57,662 nucleotides of DNA, from NCBI GenBank assembly GCA_046543235.1, contig JBKGZT010000001.1, positions 1 through 57,662 of the forward strand, written 5' to 3'. The notes below the pieces were generated by a model. The model searched no databases. It saw only the letters and a program-made list of their open reading frames with translations, and was not told the DNA's origin. Both the position numbers and the translations under genes were made by a program. The stretch is from Candidatus Acetothermia bacterium (lineage in GTDB: Bacteria; Bipolaricaulota; Bipolaricaulia; M55B111). This document shows, piece by piece, positions 1 to 9,462 of the stretch; position 1 is the stretch's first letter, and each line of letters starts with the position of its first letter.

Positions 1-94
1 GGATCTAGGCCCGGAGACTACTGATTCCGGTTTACCGGTTAGGCCGTTTATTCTCGATTACCGGGCCTGTATAATCTAACATTGTGATCCACAG

Positions 95-997
95 ATGAAG
101 AGAACGGCCGCCCTGTTTTTGGTCTTTCTGATCGGTGTTACCCTGACGTTCACCGCGTCCTGGGCTGCCGACGAAGAAATTTCGGAGTTGTCCGAGGACG
201 CCAGCCTTGAGGAGCTATTGCGTGCCGGGGAACAAGCGGCGGCGAAGGCGAGAAACGAGAAGAGAACGGAAGAGCAATTGAGGAAATCCATCCGGATTTT
301 CGAAAGGGTTGTCGAGCTTGACCCGGACAATACTCGCGCCCTGGAGATGCTTTCTCTTGGTTACTTTACCCTTGCCGAAGCGTACCTGGAGGAAAGTCGA
401 CAAAAGTCCGCCTACGAGAAGGGTTACGAGTTCGGACTGCGGGGTTTGCGGGCACACGAGGACTTCGAGGAGATCTATCGGGAAATCGGATACCCCGCCC
501 TGAAGAAATTGCCGGACTCCGTCAAGGACGTCGAGGCGTTATTTTGGACCGGGGCAAATCTCGGACGATTGGCGGAAAGGAAAGGAGTCCCGGAAGCCCT
601 CAACGATAACGATCTTCCCGCCCTGGTGACTCTAAACAGGAGGGTTCTCGAACTTGAAGAAACCTACCTGGGGGGCGGGGCTCATCGAAACCTCGGCACG
701 ATTGGTGCCGAAGTACTCGACAAGCTTCCTCTTACTTTCTGGCAGGTTCGAAGTAACGGGTTCAGCTGGGAGAAGTCGAAGAAGCACTTCGAAAAGGCCA
801 TAGAGATCGCACCAGGTTGCCTCGAGAACTACCAGGTCTACGCAAGGTATTACGCCCTGAATAGGGGAAAGGAGGAGAAGGCTCTGGAACTACTGGACGA
901 GGTACTCGAAAGACCTCTCGGGGATAAATACCCTCTGGTCAATGAGATAGCCAAGAGGAAGGCGGAATCACTTAAAGAAAAAATTCTGGACGGGTAA
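95..997 (+). CDS. Secreted helical TPR-like repeat protein (possibly TatT-like), function unknown
   Basis: 300-aa ORF with N-terminal signal peptide MKRTAALFLVFLIGVTLTFTASWA. The rest looks like helical repeats. The TatT-like assignment is from memory only. Confidence 0.5.
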   Translation: MKRTAALFLVFLIGVTLTFTASWAADEEISELSEDASLEELLRAGEQAAAKARNEKRTEEQLRKSIRIFERVVELDPDNTRALEMLSLGYFTLAEAYLEESRQKSAYEKGYEFGLRGLRAHEDFEEIYREIGYPALKKLPDSVKDVEALFWTGANLGRLAERKGVPEALNDNDLPALVTLNRRVLELEETYLGGGAHRNLGTIGAEVLDKLPLTFWQVRSNGFSWEKSKKHFEKAIEIAPGCLENYQVYARYYALNRGKEEKALELLDEVLERPLGDKYPLVNEIAKRKAESLKEKILDG

Positions 998-1203
998 TGG
1001 TGCGTTTTAAGGGTTCCTCCGACCGGGAAGTGATTCTTTCGGCTTAACCGGAGGCGGGTTTCCGGTTTGACTGGTGGCGTTGAAGGACCTAACCGGGCGC
1101 TGTAGTATTATTAAAGATTTTGGCTTTCCGCTTGGGTCGGATCGCGCCGCATCGCTGTTTCGATTTCGTCAACAAATACAATAAGTTTTTAGGGGTGGAA
1201 TTT

Positions 1204-1686
1204 GTGGAACTAATTTTAACCGAAGAAGTTGAAGATCTGGGTGAAGTTGGAGAGACCGTGGAGGTTGCGGACGGTTACGGACGCAACTATCTGCTTCCCA
1301 AGGGATTGGCAGTGGAACCGACTACCGGTAACAGGAGACGATACGAAAAGGTTAGAAAGGAAATCAGCAAGAAAAAGGAAGAGAGGAGAGAGGGAGCCAG
1401 GGCAAGAGCGGATGAACTTGACGGACTGGAACTTACCTTTAAAAGGAAGGCCCAGGAAGAACACCACCTGTATGGTTCCGTCAGAAAGGGGGACATCGTC
1501 AGCGCCGTGGAAGAAGAAGCCGGCATTGGGATTACTCCTGAACAAGTTCAGCTGGATTCGCCGATCGAGGAACTGGGGCAATTTGGCGTCGAAGTAAGGC
1601 TCTACGAGGAAATTCACGCCAACGTAAAGGTAAACGTAGTGGAGGAGGAAGGAGAGGAAGAGGTCGAAGAAAAAGCAGAGGATTGA
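1204..1686 (+). CDS. rplI: 50S ribosomal protein L9
   Basis: VELILTEEVEDLGEVGETVEVADGYGRNYLLPKGLA matches the L9 N-terminal domain. The tracked ORF opens at 1120, but in-frame GTG at 1204 gives the usual N-terminus. Acidic C-terminal tail. Confidence 0.85.
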   Translation: MELILTEEVEDLGEVGETVEVADGYGRNYLLPKGLAVEPTTGNRRRYEKVRKEISKKKEERREGARARADELDGLELTFKRKAQEEHHLYGSVRKGDIVSAVEEEAGIGITPEQVQLDSPIEELGQFGVEVRLYEEIHANVKVNVVEEEGEEEVEEKAED

Positions 1687-1744
1687 TGGTTCTCCTCCTC
1701 ACCTGGAAGTTGAGGTCTCCCGGATCCCTGTAGAGGTAATTTAA

Positions 1745-3454
1745 ATGGATTCTGGTCTAACCAGGGCCCTGGTGCTGGCTGTTTTTGGCCTGGCCGCTTT
1801 ATCCGCGGTTTTGCTGACCGGTGGAGAGCCGGTCGTGTCCTTGAACGGCCAGCAACTCGACGGGCTGGAGGTTATTAGCACCTCGGACGGACTCGGGGTA
1901 CCTTTGAAGGAAGCAGCTCGCCTTTTCGGGGCCAGGGTTGATTCCGGCCGGGGGGACGGCTTTATCGTCGAATGGGGGAAGGCCGACTCCTTCTACGTTG
2001 ATGAAAAAAGACTGACTCGTTCCGGAACACATAATTTTGTCGATATAGATTACCTTGCGGAGAAGCTTGGCGGGGAGGTGACGGGGAGCGATAGGTCTCT
2101 GGACGTTAGAATTCCCCCTTCTCAGTTGCTGGCGGCTTCAGTCAGAGGCGAAGAAATATCACTGAACTTCACCAAGTACTCTACTTTCACCCGGTCCAAG
2201 AGCTCGACTGAGAGAACGGAAATTAAGTTCTTCAACGCGAAGAAGGGGGACGTAAAAGAAGCCATCGATCCTTCGCCGAACTCGACCGCGATCAGGTCGG
2301 TCCATATCCAGCAAGGGGAGCAGGGGGGGCTTACGCTGGTTGTCGAACACAGTAAAGGTGTCTCCTCCAAGATAAAGACTAGCAGAGGCGAATCGGGCTT
2401 CCACTTCACGCTCGATTTCCAACCCCCGGACGATGAAGAGGCCCCCGACGGCTCCCTGGTCACGGGGAGACAGGAGTTTTCCTTCAATCGGCTGCGGGTC
2501 CCGTTCGGTGGGCGAAATCATACGATCCGATACCTCGAGGTCTCCGAGTGGAGGGAAAACTATCGCCTGCTTCCCGTGGTAGCCGGTGGGGAACTTGGAA
2601 GTGGGAGTAGTCTCTCCCGCCTGGTCAAGGATAACCTGGGCGTGGCGGGGCTAAACGCCAATTTCTTTGACACCGGATCTTATTACCCGATCGGGCTGTT
2701 GGTCAAGGACGGCAGGCTGATCTCTAAGAACTGGGGTAATAGGGCGGCCCTGGGGGTCGATTATTTCGGTCGCCTCAAGTTCATCCGACCGGAGGTCGAC
2801 CTGTTCCTGCGAACACCCGGGGGGAAAATAAATATCGATGGCCTGAACCGACCCGCAGGAGATGACGAACTGGTTGCGTATACCGCGGAGTACGGGAATG
2901 ACATACCTTCCGGTTCCTCTTCCGTGTTCGTTAAGGTTAGGGAGGGAAATTTGGTATATAGATCTTTTTCTCCTCCTTCTTCCGTGGGGAAAGGGGAGAC
3001 GTTAGTGGTCGCTACCGGGGGCGCCAGGTCAAAGCTGGAGCCTCTGGAAAAAGGGGACGAGGTCGACTACGACTGGAGTATGGACCCACCCGTATCCCTA
3101 CTGCGTGGGGCGGTCAGCGGCGGTCCTCTGTTGATAAAAGGGGGAAGGAACGTGCTGGCGCTGGAGGAGGAGGATTTTACACGGAACAGCAGCCTCGTAA
3201 ATTCGGAGTCCACTCGTTCCGTCCTGGCTACAACCGGGGACGGGGAAATACTTTTCATGGTAATTTCGGACGAAGGGATAAGCTTAAAGGAGCTCCCTTC
3301 TTTGCTTCTGGATTCGGGCCTGAACATAGAAAACGCGATCGCGTTCGACGGCGGTTCCTCCGCCGGAATAACCTACCGCGATGGGACCCGTATTAAGTCG
3401 GTCGGCGGTCGAAGGGAGATCCCGGTGGGGCTGGTTCTCGTCCCCCGGTCCTGA
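1745..3454 (+). CDS. Phosphodiester glycosidase family protein (DUF2233-type) with N-terminal membrane anchor/signal
   Basis: 569 aa with a hydrophobic N-terminus. The C-terminal half carries GLNANFFD and NAIAFDGGSSAG motifs typical of phosphodiester glycosidase domains. Its stop overlaps the murJ start. Confidence 0.6.
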   Translation: MDSGLTRALVLAVFGLAALSAVLLTGGEPVVSLNGQQLDGLEVISTSDGLGVPLKEAARLFGARVDSGRGDGFIVEWGKADSFYVDEKRLTRSGTHNFVDIDYLAEKLGGEVTGSDRSLDVRIPPSQLLAASVRGEEISLNFTKYSTFTRSKSSTERTEIKFFNAKKGDVKEAIDPSPNSTAIRSVHIQQGEQGGLTLVVEHSKGVSSKIKTSRGESGFHFTLDFQPPDDEEAPDGSLVTGRQEFSFNRLRVPFGGRNHTIRYLEVSEWRENYRLLPVVAGGELGSGSSLSRLVKDNLGVAGLNANFFDTGSYYPIGLLVKDGRLISKNWGNRAALGVDYFGRLKFIRPEVDLFLRTPGGKINIDGLNRPAGDDELVAYTAEYGNDIPSGSSSVFVKVREGNLVYRSFSPPSSVGKGETLVVATGGARSKLEPLEKGDEVDYDWSMDPPVSLLRGAVSGGPLLIKGGRNVLALEEEDFTRNSSLVNSESTRSVLATTGDGEILFMVISDEGISLKELPSLLLDSGLNIENAIAFDGGSSAGITYRDGTRIKSVGGRREIPVGLVLVPRS

Positions 3455-4974
3455 TGAAGCGGTTCACGCGTGACGTCGCTATAATTGCTGCCGCCACGGC
3501 GGTCTCGCGGGTATTTGGTCTGTTCAGGGACGTGGTGATTGCGGATAAATTCGGAGCGGGCCGAGCCTACGATGCCTACCTGATTGCGTTTTTCGTACCT
3601 CACTTTCTTCGTCGCCTGCTGGCCGAGGGAGCTCTTGCCCTCTCGTTCATCCCTATATATACGGATTACCTTCAAAACGACCCGGCAGAAGCGCGGAAAC
3701 TGGCTTCTAACGCATTTAACCTTTCCTTAATTGCGTTCCCGGTTGTTGTCGTGGTCGGAATAGGACTGGCACCGTACTATATTCCTTTCCTTGCTTCCGG
3801 CTTTTCCCCTTCCCAGCTTGAATTGACGGTGGAGCTGACGCGCGTTATCTTCCCCTTCATAGGGATTATTGGCCTTGCTGCCCTGGTCATGGGAATATTA
3901 AAGTCGAAAAAATCCTTCTTTCCGCCGGCTTTCGCCCCGGTTTTCTTCAACGTGGGCGTGATTTTGGGGGCGCTGTTTCTGGGTAGGTTTTTCTCCCGGC
4001 CGATATTCGGTCTGGCGATTGGCGTACTGATCGGAGGGCTAGGACAGCTCGGTTTCCAGCTACCCTACCTGAAGAAGGCGGGTTTCAGCTGGAAGCCAAA
4101 CTTCCTTCCGGTCCATCCGGGGTTGAAGAAGGCCGTGAGATTGATGGCACCTGTCGTAATCGGGCTTGTTGCCATGCAGGTCAACGTAATGGTGGACAAC
4201 AAGCTCGCTTCTCACCTGGTACCGGGTTCGGTCTCCTCTCTGCAATACGCTACGAGGCTCTATCAACTTCCGCTCGGACTTTTTGCGATAGCAATCTCTA
4301 CTGCCATCCTGCCCCGGCTTTCCGGTCTCTGGGCCGAGGATTCCCGGAAGGATTTTGCCGATATGCTCGACCGAGGGGTAAAATTCTCGCTGTTGATCGT
4401 GGTGCCGGCCGGAGCAGGCCTCTTCCTGCTTGGAGAACCGATAGTCGAACTGTTGTTTGAGCACAGAAGCTTCCTTCCTTCCGACACGGCAAGAACCGTC
4501 CACGTCCTGAATTTTTACCTGGTCGGACTGATCGGATACAGTTTTGTCACCCTGTTTTCCCGGGCTTTTTATTCGGTCAAGGACACGGTTACGCCCGTGG
4601 TAGTAAGCCTGCTGGCCGTTGGCGTTAACGTTGGCCTTGATCTGGCACTTGTGGAGCCGATGGAGGCCGGAGGTCTGGCACTGGCGACCGGGGTCAGCGG
4701 GGTGGTGAACGGTGGTTTGCTTATGGCGGTTTTCGGGTTCAAGACAGGGCTTGAAGGTTTTCTCCCCGACTGGAGATTCGTCCTTAAGGTGGCCGTCTCG
4801 GCCGCGCTTATGGGGATCGTGGTTTACGCCCTCAGGGAATACTCTCCCGTGAGAGGTAATTTCTTTCTCGTTCCCGCCGGAGTTATCTTTGGTGCAGGAA
4901 GCTACTTCGGTGCGGGTATGTTGTTCGGTTTGAAGGATACTTTCGTGGAAGAGCTAACTGGGCCGGGTGATTGA
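3454..4974 (+). CDS. murJ: Lipid II flippase MurJ
   Basis: 506-aa polytopic membrane protein. N-terminus AAATAVSRVFGLFRDVVIADKFGAGRAYDAYLIAFFVPHFLRRLLAEGAL is the MurJ/MviN signature. Confidence 0.9.
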   Translation: MKRFTRDVAIIAAATAVSRVFGLFRDVVIADKFGAGRAYDAYLIAFFVPHFLRRLLAEGALALSFIPIYTDYLQNDPAEARKLASNAFNLSLIAFPVVVVVGIGLAPYYIPFLASGFSPSQLELTVELTRVIFPFIGIIGLAALVMGILKSKKSFFPPAFAPVFFNVGVILGALFLGRFFSRPIFGLAIGVLIGGLGQLGFQLPYLKKAGFSWKPNFLPVHPGLKKAVRLMAPVVIGLVAMQVNVMVDNKLASHLVPGSVSSLQYATRLYQLPLGLFAIAISTAILPRLSGLWAEDSRKDFADMLDRGVKFSLLIVVPAGAGLFLLGEPIVELLFEHRSFLPSDTARTVHVLNFYLVGLIGYSFVTLFSRAFYSVKDTVTPVVVSLLAVGVNVGLDLALVEPMEAGGLALATGVSGVVNGGLLMAVFGFKTGLEGFLPDWRFVLKVAVSAALMGIVVYALREYSPVRGNFFLVPAGVIFGAGSYFGAGMLFGLKDTFVEELTGPGD

Positions 4975-4991
4975 GATAGTGTAGAAGCAAC

Positions 4992-5131
4992 TGTGTAAAA
5001 TTAATTTATAGCTTTGGGAACCGTTCGACAAAACCAGGGATCAATTTCCCCAGCGGTGAAAGCCCCCTTTCCGATCTCGGCTCGCCTCCGATGGGATTTT
5101 CCTGAACGGTTTCCAAAGCTAGTTTTACACA
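4992..5131. other. Long imperfect inverted repeat forming an extended hairpin; candidate structured small RNA
   Basis: 4992-5000 tgtgtaaaa pairs with 5123-5131 ttttacaca. 5010-5026 agctttgggaaccgttc pairs with 5104-5120 gaacggtttccaaagct, 17 contiguous pairs including one G-U if + strand RNA. It encloses a 77-nt interior. No U-tract follows on either strand. Confidence 0.4.
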
Positions 5132-5216
5132 AAAATGCTGCACTATGGGGATTGACTGAGAACCTAAAAGTTCCCGCTAATCCGTTCCTGACACTCGACT
5201 TTACGGGGAGTTCCTC

Positions 5217-5855
5217 TCAACGTCGCCTGCTGATTTCTCCGGGAGTAGAGATGAGGGATTCCAATTTCTCGACCGGTTCGCCGGATCCTTCCTCCGGCAG
5301 GTCGTAGTCTTCCCTGGTTCTTCCAACTATTCCCTGTACCAGACGCCGAGAATCGTCGGAAAAGGCCTCGGCTACATCTATTAACCTCGAAGTCGCTTTC
5401 CTCATGGTTTCCCTCGCGATCCTTCCTTCTTCAATTAGGGGCTTCAGTTCCTCGAAAGCGAAGTCGGCGAATTGCGTCGTGGAACCGGGCACTTCGATTG
5501 TTTTGAGTTTGTTTTCCAGTCCCTCCAGCCCTTTTGTAACCTCCCGATCCGTCAGGGTCGTGTCCTCTCGAAAGTGGTAGTATATCACCGTCTCCAGTAT
5601 GCCGATTGCCTCGACCATCTCTCTGTCTTCTTCTTTCAGGATGTCTTCGTTTTTTTTCACCCAGACTTCCCTGTATGGCTCGGCCTGTTTTGACTGCTGG
5701 AATTCCTCGTGTTTTTTGAAGTAACGACAATCCGGAGGACAGCTTATGTCGACAGCCCTGTGTTCCCCGCAGCACCTGCTGCAGATCATTCCACCCAGAG
5801 CTGGACATTCCCTTTTGCCTTTTCGTTTTCCGCCGTAAACGCAAGTTTCGGACAT
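5217..5855 (-). CDS. Hypothetical protein with N-terminal Cys-rich (putative metal-binding) module
   Basis: 212 aa with an ATG start and GGGAGGT SD inside the dxr 3' end. N-terminus: CVYGGKRKGKRECPALGGMICSRCCGEHRAVDISCPPDC (7 Cys in 40 aa). The remainder is acidic and helical. No family recognised. Confidence 0.6.
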   Translation of the reverse strand: MSETCVYGGKRKGKRECPALGGMICSRCCGEHRAVDISCPPDCRYFKKHEEFQQSKQAEPYREVWVKKNEDILKEEDREMVEAIGILETVIYYHFREDTTLTDREVTKGLEGLENKLKTIEVPGSTTQFADFAFEELKPLIEEGRIARETMRKATSRLIDVAEAFSDDSRRLVQGIVGRTREDYDLPEEGSGEPVEKLESLISTPGEISRRR

Positions 5856-5860
5856 CTGAC

Positions 5861-7039
5861 CTACCTCCCGAGTTTTCCGCGCTCTATAAGCCTGTCGACT
5901 GCTCTCCTGGCTTGCTCGTCAGTCCTCTTCAATTCGTCCAGGCCGGGACTGCTGACCTTCTCGACTTCTTCCAGTACCAGCTCCAGACCCCTGGCAATAT
6001 CACCGAATTTTATCCCACCGGCCAGGAACTCGTCAATCAGGGACTCGTCCGCCCCGTTGACTGCCGCTGGGGCGTTATCACCGATTCTGCCTGCTTCGAC
6101 TATCACGTCGAACGCGGGATATCTGTCGGTACTGAGCTCTCTGAATTCCAGGCTACCGACCTCCGCCGGGTTCAGGCGCTCGTAGTCGTTCTCCCTCCTG
6201 CGGGGATACGTAAGGGCGTACTGTATGGGTACTTTCATGTCCGGTGGGCCGATTTCGCCCATCATGGAACCGTCTCTGAACTGAACCAGGGAGTGGATGA
6301 CGGATTGGGGGTGGACGACGGCTTTTATCCCGTCGTAGGGAATCCCGAAAAGCCAGTGGGCTTCTATTACCTCCAGACCCTTGTTTACCATCGATGCCGA
6401 GTCGCAAGTAATGCGGCTACCCATATCCCAGTTCGGATGGTCCAGGGCCTCTTCGGGAGTGGCATCCTCTATTTCCTCGAGCGGGATCTCCAGGAACGGG
6501 CCGCCGGAGGCGGTTATTAGCAGTTCCTCTACCTCCTCCCTGCTTCCCGATTCCAGGGCCTGGAAAATCGCGTTATGCTCGCTATCTATAGGTATCAGCT
6601 CGGTCCGATGTTCCTCGAGCTTCTCTTTCACGAGCCTGCCGCCTACCACCAGGGATTCCTTGTTGGCCAGCAGCAACCTGTCTGCCTTTCCGATCCCTTT
6701 GAGGGTGGGCTCAAGGCCGAGGAAGCCGACCAGCGAGTTTACCAGAGTTCCGCCCTCGGAGAAGGAGGAAAGGTAATTTAGCCCTTGGCGACCGGTCCTG
6801 ATGCTCAGCTCGGCTGAAACCATGCCCAAGAGGTCTTCTTTTTCCTCTTCGCCCTTTACGGAAACCACTTCGGGCTCGTACCTGCGAATCTGTCGTGCCA
6901 GCAGGGAGGTATTGGAACCACAGGCCAGGCCTTTTACGTTGAAATGCTCCTGACCATTCTCGACTAACTCACTTATTACTTCCAGAGTTTGAGTACCTAT
7001 GGAGCCGGTGGAGCCGAGAACTACTACGTCTTCAGCCAT
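5861..7039 (-). CDS. dxr: 1-deoxy-D-xylulose 5-phosphate reductoisomerase
   Basis: VVLGSTGSIGTQTLEVI NADPH-binding N-terminus, IPIDSEHNAIFQ motif, 392 aa. Confidence 0.95.
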   Translation of the reverse strand: MAEDVVVLGSTGSIGTQTLEVISELVENGQEHFNVKGLACGSNTSLLARQIRRYEPEVVSVKGEEEKEDLLGMVSAELSIRTGRQGLNYLSSFSEGGTLVNSLVGFLGLEPTLKGIGKADRLLLANKESLVVGGRLVKEKLEEHRTELIPIDSEHNAIFQALESGSREEVEELLITASGGPFLEIPLEEIEDATPEEALDHPNWDMGSRITCDSASMVNKGLEVIEAHWLFGIPYDGIKAVVHPQSVIHSLVQFRDGSMMGEIGPPDMKVPIQYALTYPRRRENDYERLNPAEVGSLEFRELSTDRYPAFDVIVEAGRIGDNAPAAVNGADESLIDEFLAGGIKFGDIARGLELVLEEVEKVSSPGLDELKRTDEQARRAVDRLIERGKLGR

Positions 7040-7048
7040 AATTGTTTC

Positions 7049-8965
7049 CTAGGTGATCCCGGCCGGGAGGGCCGCCTGATCGAGTATCTCTTCCAGTTCC
7101 TCTCCTTCCAGTTCCTCAAGTTCGATCAACCTCTCCGCCAGGTTGTTCAGGACCTCCTTGTTATTGTCGAGGATCTTTCTGGCTTTGCCGTGGCATTCTT
7201 CAACTATGCTTCGGATTTCCTTGTCGACCAGCGAGGATACCTCCTCGGAATGCTCGTTGCTCTTAACTATCTCTTCTCCAAGGAAGACGTTTCCGTTGTC
7301 CTGACCTAGGTTAATCGGTCCCAGCTTGTCGCTCATCCCGTATTCTACGACCATTCTCTTTGCAATGTCGGTCGCTTTTTTGAAGTCGTCCTGGGCCCCG
7401 GTGGTGACATCGTCGTAGACGAGTTCTTCAGCAGTACGCCCACCCAAAAGCGTGGTTAGCTTGTCCAGCAGTTCTGATTTGGAAACCAAAAACTTTTCCT
7501 CGAGAGGGAGCTGGAGGGTAAAGCCAAGTGCTCCGTTACTTCTCGGTACTATCGATATCTTGTGAACCGGATCGGCGTTTGGCAGGAGTTTACCTATCAG
7601 CGCGTGCCCCGATTCGTGGTAGGCGATTTTTTCCTTCTCTTCCTCGCTGATTGCCATTCCTTTGCGCTGGACTCCGGCTATTACCCGATCTATAGACTGC
7701 TCGAAGTCGGTCATTTCGACTTTTTGCTTCCCCTTTCGGCCTGCCAGGAGGGCGGCTTCGTTCGCCAGGTTTTCCAGGTCGGCGCCTACAAAGCCGGGAG
7801 TACGTCGGGCCAGGACGTCCAGGTCGACGTCGTCCGCTGTTTCCTTGTTCTTCGTGTGGAGTGCTAATATTTCCTTCCTCCCCTGTATATCCGGGGAAGG
7901 TACGGTTATCTTTCTATCAAATCTCCCCGGACGTAGCAGTGCCGGATCGAGCACGTCGGGTCTGTTGGTCGCGGCAAGAATTATTACTCCCTCGTTTGGG
8001 TCGAATCCATCCATTTCGGACAAAAGCTCGTTCAGAGTCTGTTCTCTCTCGTCGTGGCCGCCACCCAGCCCGGCTCCGCGCTTCCTGCCGATGGCATCCA
8101 GCTCGTCAATGAAAATTATCGACGGCGCGTTTTTCTTCGCCTTTTCGAACATGTTTCTAACCCTGGATGCCCCCACCCCAACGAACATCTCGACGAAGTT
8201 CGATCCGCTTGTCTGGTAAAAGGGCACGTTGGCCTCCCCTGCGATCGCCCGTGAGAGGAGGGTCTTTCCTGTACCGGGAGGTCCGACCAGTATCATACCT
8301 TTCGGTACCTCCGCTCCCAGCTTCTCGAACCGCTCGGGGTTTTTCAGGTACTCTACGATTTCCTCGACCTCTTCTTTCACCTCTTCGACGCCCGCAAAGT
8401 CGTCGAAACTTACCTCCGAAAATTCCTTGTTGACGAGATCGGCTTTGCTCTCACCGAAGTTCAGGGCGTTGTTTCCCTGCATGCGGCGCATCATAAATAC
8501 CCAGAGCCCAATGATCAACAGAACGGGCAGGAGGGAGATAAGCAGCGAGAAGAACCAGTTGCTATCGGAGGCCTCCTCGAAGGTGACCTTGACGCCCTGA
8601 TCCCTCAGCCTGTCGAGGTAATCCGTCGATTCCGTAGGACCCCTTGTGACAAAGGTGCCGCCGCTTTTATAAGTACCGCTTATCATTCCTCCCTTGATCG
8701 TGACCTCAAGGACGCGCTCGTTTTCGACCTGGCTGAGGAACTCGGTGTAACTGATTTCATCCTGGGCCGACGGAGAGTTAAAGAGGGTCTGGAAGAGTAT
8801 CAAGGATAAAATGATTGCCCCAACTATAAGTGCGATATTTCTGAAATTGTTATTGTTGTTGGGGAAGTTGAACTGCCCGCCGTTATCTTTATCGTCTCGT
8901 TCCGGGCCTTTACCGGGTTGGTCCGGCCGGTTAAAGTCGTTGTCGAAGTCGTTATCCTCGTTCAA
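7049..8965 (-). CDS. ftsH: ATP-dependent zinc metalloprotease FtsH
   Basis: Walker [11 protein letters not shown], Walker [16 protein letters not shown] zinc motif, N-terminal TM helices. TTG start with GAGGTGA SD. Confidence 0.97.
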   Translation of the reverse strand: MNEDNDFDNDFNRPDQPGKGPERDDKDNGGQFNFPNNNNNFRNIALIVGAIILSLILFQTLFNSPSAQDEISYTEFLSQVENERVLEVTIKGGMISGTYKSGGTFVTRGPTESTDYLDRLRDQGVKVTFEEASDSNWFFSLLISLLPVLLIIGLWVFMMRRMQGNNALNFGESKADLVNKEFSEVSFDDFAGVEEVKEEVEEIVEYLKNPERFEKLGAEVPKGMILVGPPGTGKTLLSRAIAGEANVPFYQTSGSNFVEMFVGVGASRVRNMFEKAKKNAPSIIFIDELDAIGRKRGAGLGGGHDEREQTLNELLSEMDGFDPNEGVIILAATNRPDVLDPALLRPGRFDRKITVPSPDIQGRKEILALHTKNKETADDVDLDVLARRTPGFVGADLENLANEAALLAGRKGKQKVEMTDFEQSIDRVIAGVQRKGMAISEEEKEKIAYHESGHALIGKLLPNADPVHKISIVPRSNGALGFTLQLPLEEKFLVSKSELLDKLTTLLGGRTAEELVYDDVTTGAQDDFKKATDIAKRMVVEYGMSDKLGPINLGQDNGNVFLGEEIVKSNEHSEEVSSLVDKEIRSIVEECHGKARKILDNNKEVLNNLAERLIELEELEGEELEEILDQAALPAGIT

Positions 8966-8989
8966 GCAAACTCACCTCTTAACTCAGGA

Positions 8990-9018
8990 ATTTTACGACA
9001 GGGATTGAATATTCTCAA
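8990..9018 (-). promoter_or_regulatory. Candidate sigma70-type promoter for ftsH
   Basis: On the minus strand, TTGAGA (9018-9013), 17-nt spacer, TAAAAT (8995-8990), about 25 nt upstream of the ftsH start. Confidence 0.35.
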
Positions 9019-9119
9019 GTTCGTGGAACATGCAGGAATAACCGTTGCAGGGGCGTTAGATGATACAAAAACTTCCAATGAAAGGTAAATCTTTTGTCAC
9101 TCAGCTCTTTAAAAAAATT

Positions 9120-9195
9120 TGGCAGTCCCGAGGGGATTCGAACCCCTGTCGCCGGGATGAGAACCCGATATCCTAGGCCACTAGACGACGGGACC
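9120..9195 (-). tRNA. tRNA-Glu (anticodon CTC)
   Basis: The reverse complement GGTCCCGTCGTCTAGTGGCCTAGGATATCGGGTTCTCATCCCGGCGACAGGGGTTCGAATCCCCTCGGGACTGCCA folds as a cloverleaf. It has a GGTTCGAATCC T-arm, anticodon loop TTCTCAT and an encoded CCA. Confidence 0.9.
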
Positions 9196-9200
9196 GGGTT

Positions 9201-9274
9201 TGGCTGGGAGAGGAGGATTCGAACCTCCACTAACGGGTCCAGAACCCGCCGTCCTACCATTAGACGATCTCCCA
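9201..9274 (-). tRNA. tRNA-Gln (anticodon CTG)
   Basis: The reverse complement TGGGAGATCGTCTAATGGTAGGACGGCGGGTTCTGGACCCGTTAGTGGAGGTTCGAATCCTCCTCTCCCAGCCA folds as a cloverleaf. It has the U1-A72 pair typical of tRNA-Gln, anticodon loop TTCTGGA and an encoded CCA. Confidence 0.9.
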
Positions 9275-9285
9275 CAGCCGGACAA

Positions 9286-9313
9286 ATTATACCAAAGGAG
9301 GATATTAGATCAA
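9286..9313 (-). promoter_or_regulatory. Candidate sigma70-type promoter for the tRNA-Gln/tRNA-Glu pair
   Basis: On the minus strand, TTGATC (9313-9308), 16-nt spacer, TATAAT (9291-9286), 11 nt before the tRNA-Gln 5' end. Confidence 0.4.
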
Positions 9314-9396
9314 CTCAGTTTTTCCTAAGCGTAGTTAAGAATCTAAAACTCATAATTAGCCGGGAAGTCTCCTGCCCCGGGTTACGGATTCGTCTT

Positions 9397-9425
9397 TTGC
9401 CAATTGACGCGTTGTCGCCTATAAT
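9397..9425 (+). promoter_or_regulatory. Candidate sigma70-type promoter for the MEMO-like gene
   Basis: TTGCCA (9397-9402), 17-nt spacer, TATAAT (9420-9425), 37 nt upstream of ATG 9463. Confidence 0.4.
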
Positions 9426-9462
9426 TTCGTTGGATTTCGTAAGTAAACTAAGGAGGGGGACG

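Noticed and set aside
1066-1111. TTGACT at 1067-1072 and TATTAT at 1106-1111 as an rplI promoter.
   Set aside because: The spacer is 33 nt, which is incompatible with a sigma70 promoter.
4992-5131. Reading the long inverted repeat as a MITE or as a plain bidirectional terminator.
   Set aside because: There are no flanking target-site duplication and no second copy in this window. No U-tract follows the stem on either strand. It is kept only as a candidate structured RNA.
5014-5307. 97-aa + strand ORF in the murJ/Cys-rich gene spacer.
   Set aside because: It has a TTG start and no SD. It spans the long inverted repeat and then runs antisense into the 3' end of the Cys-rich gene. The peptide has no recognisable features.
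9015-9275. 86-aa minus-strand ORF overlapping the tRNA genes.
   Set aside because: It is simply a reading frame through tRNA-Glu and tRNA-Gln. It has no coding signal.
9094-9462. N-terminal 123 codons of the tracked 406-aa ORF (9094-10314).
   Set aside because: This stretch runs antisense through two well-formed tRNA genes and an intergenic promoter region. The MEMO homology begins at ATG 9463, which has a strong SD.
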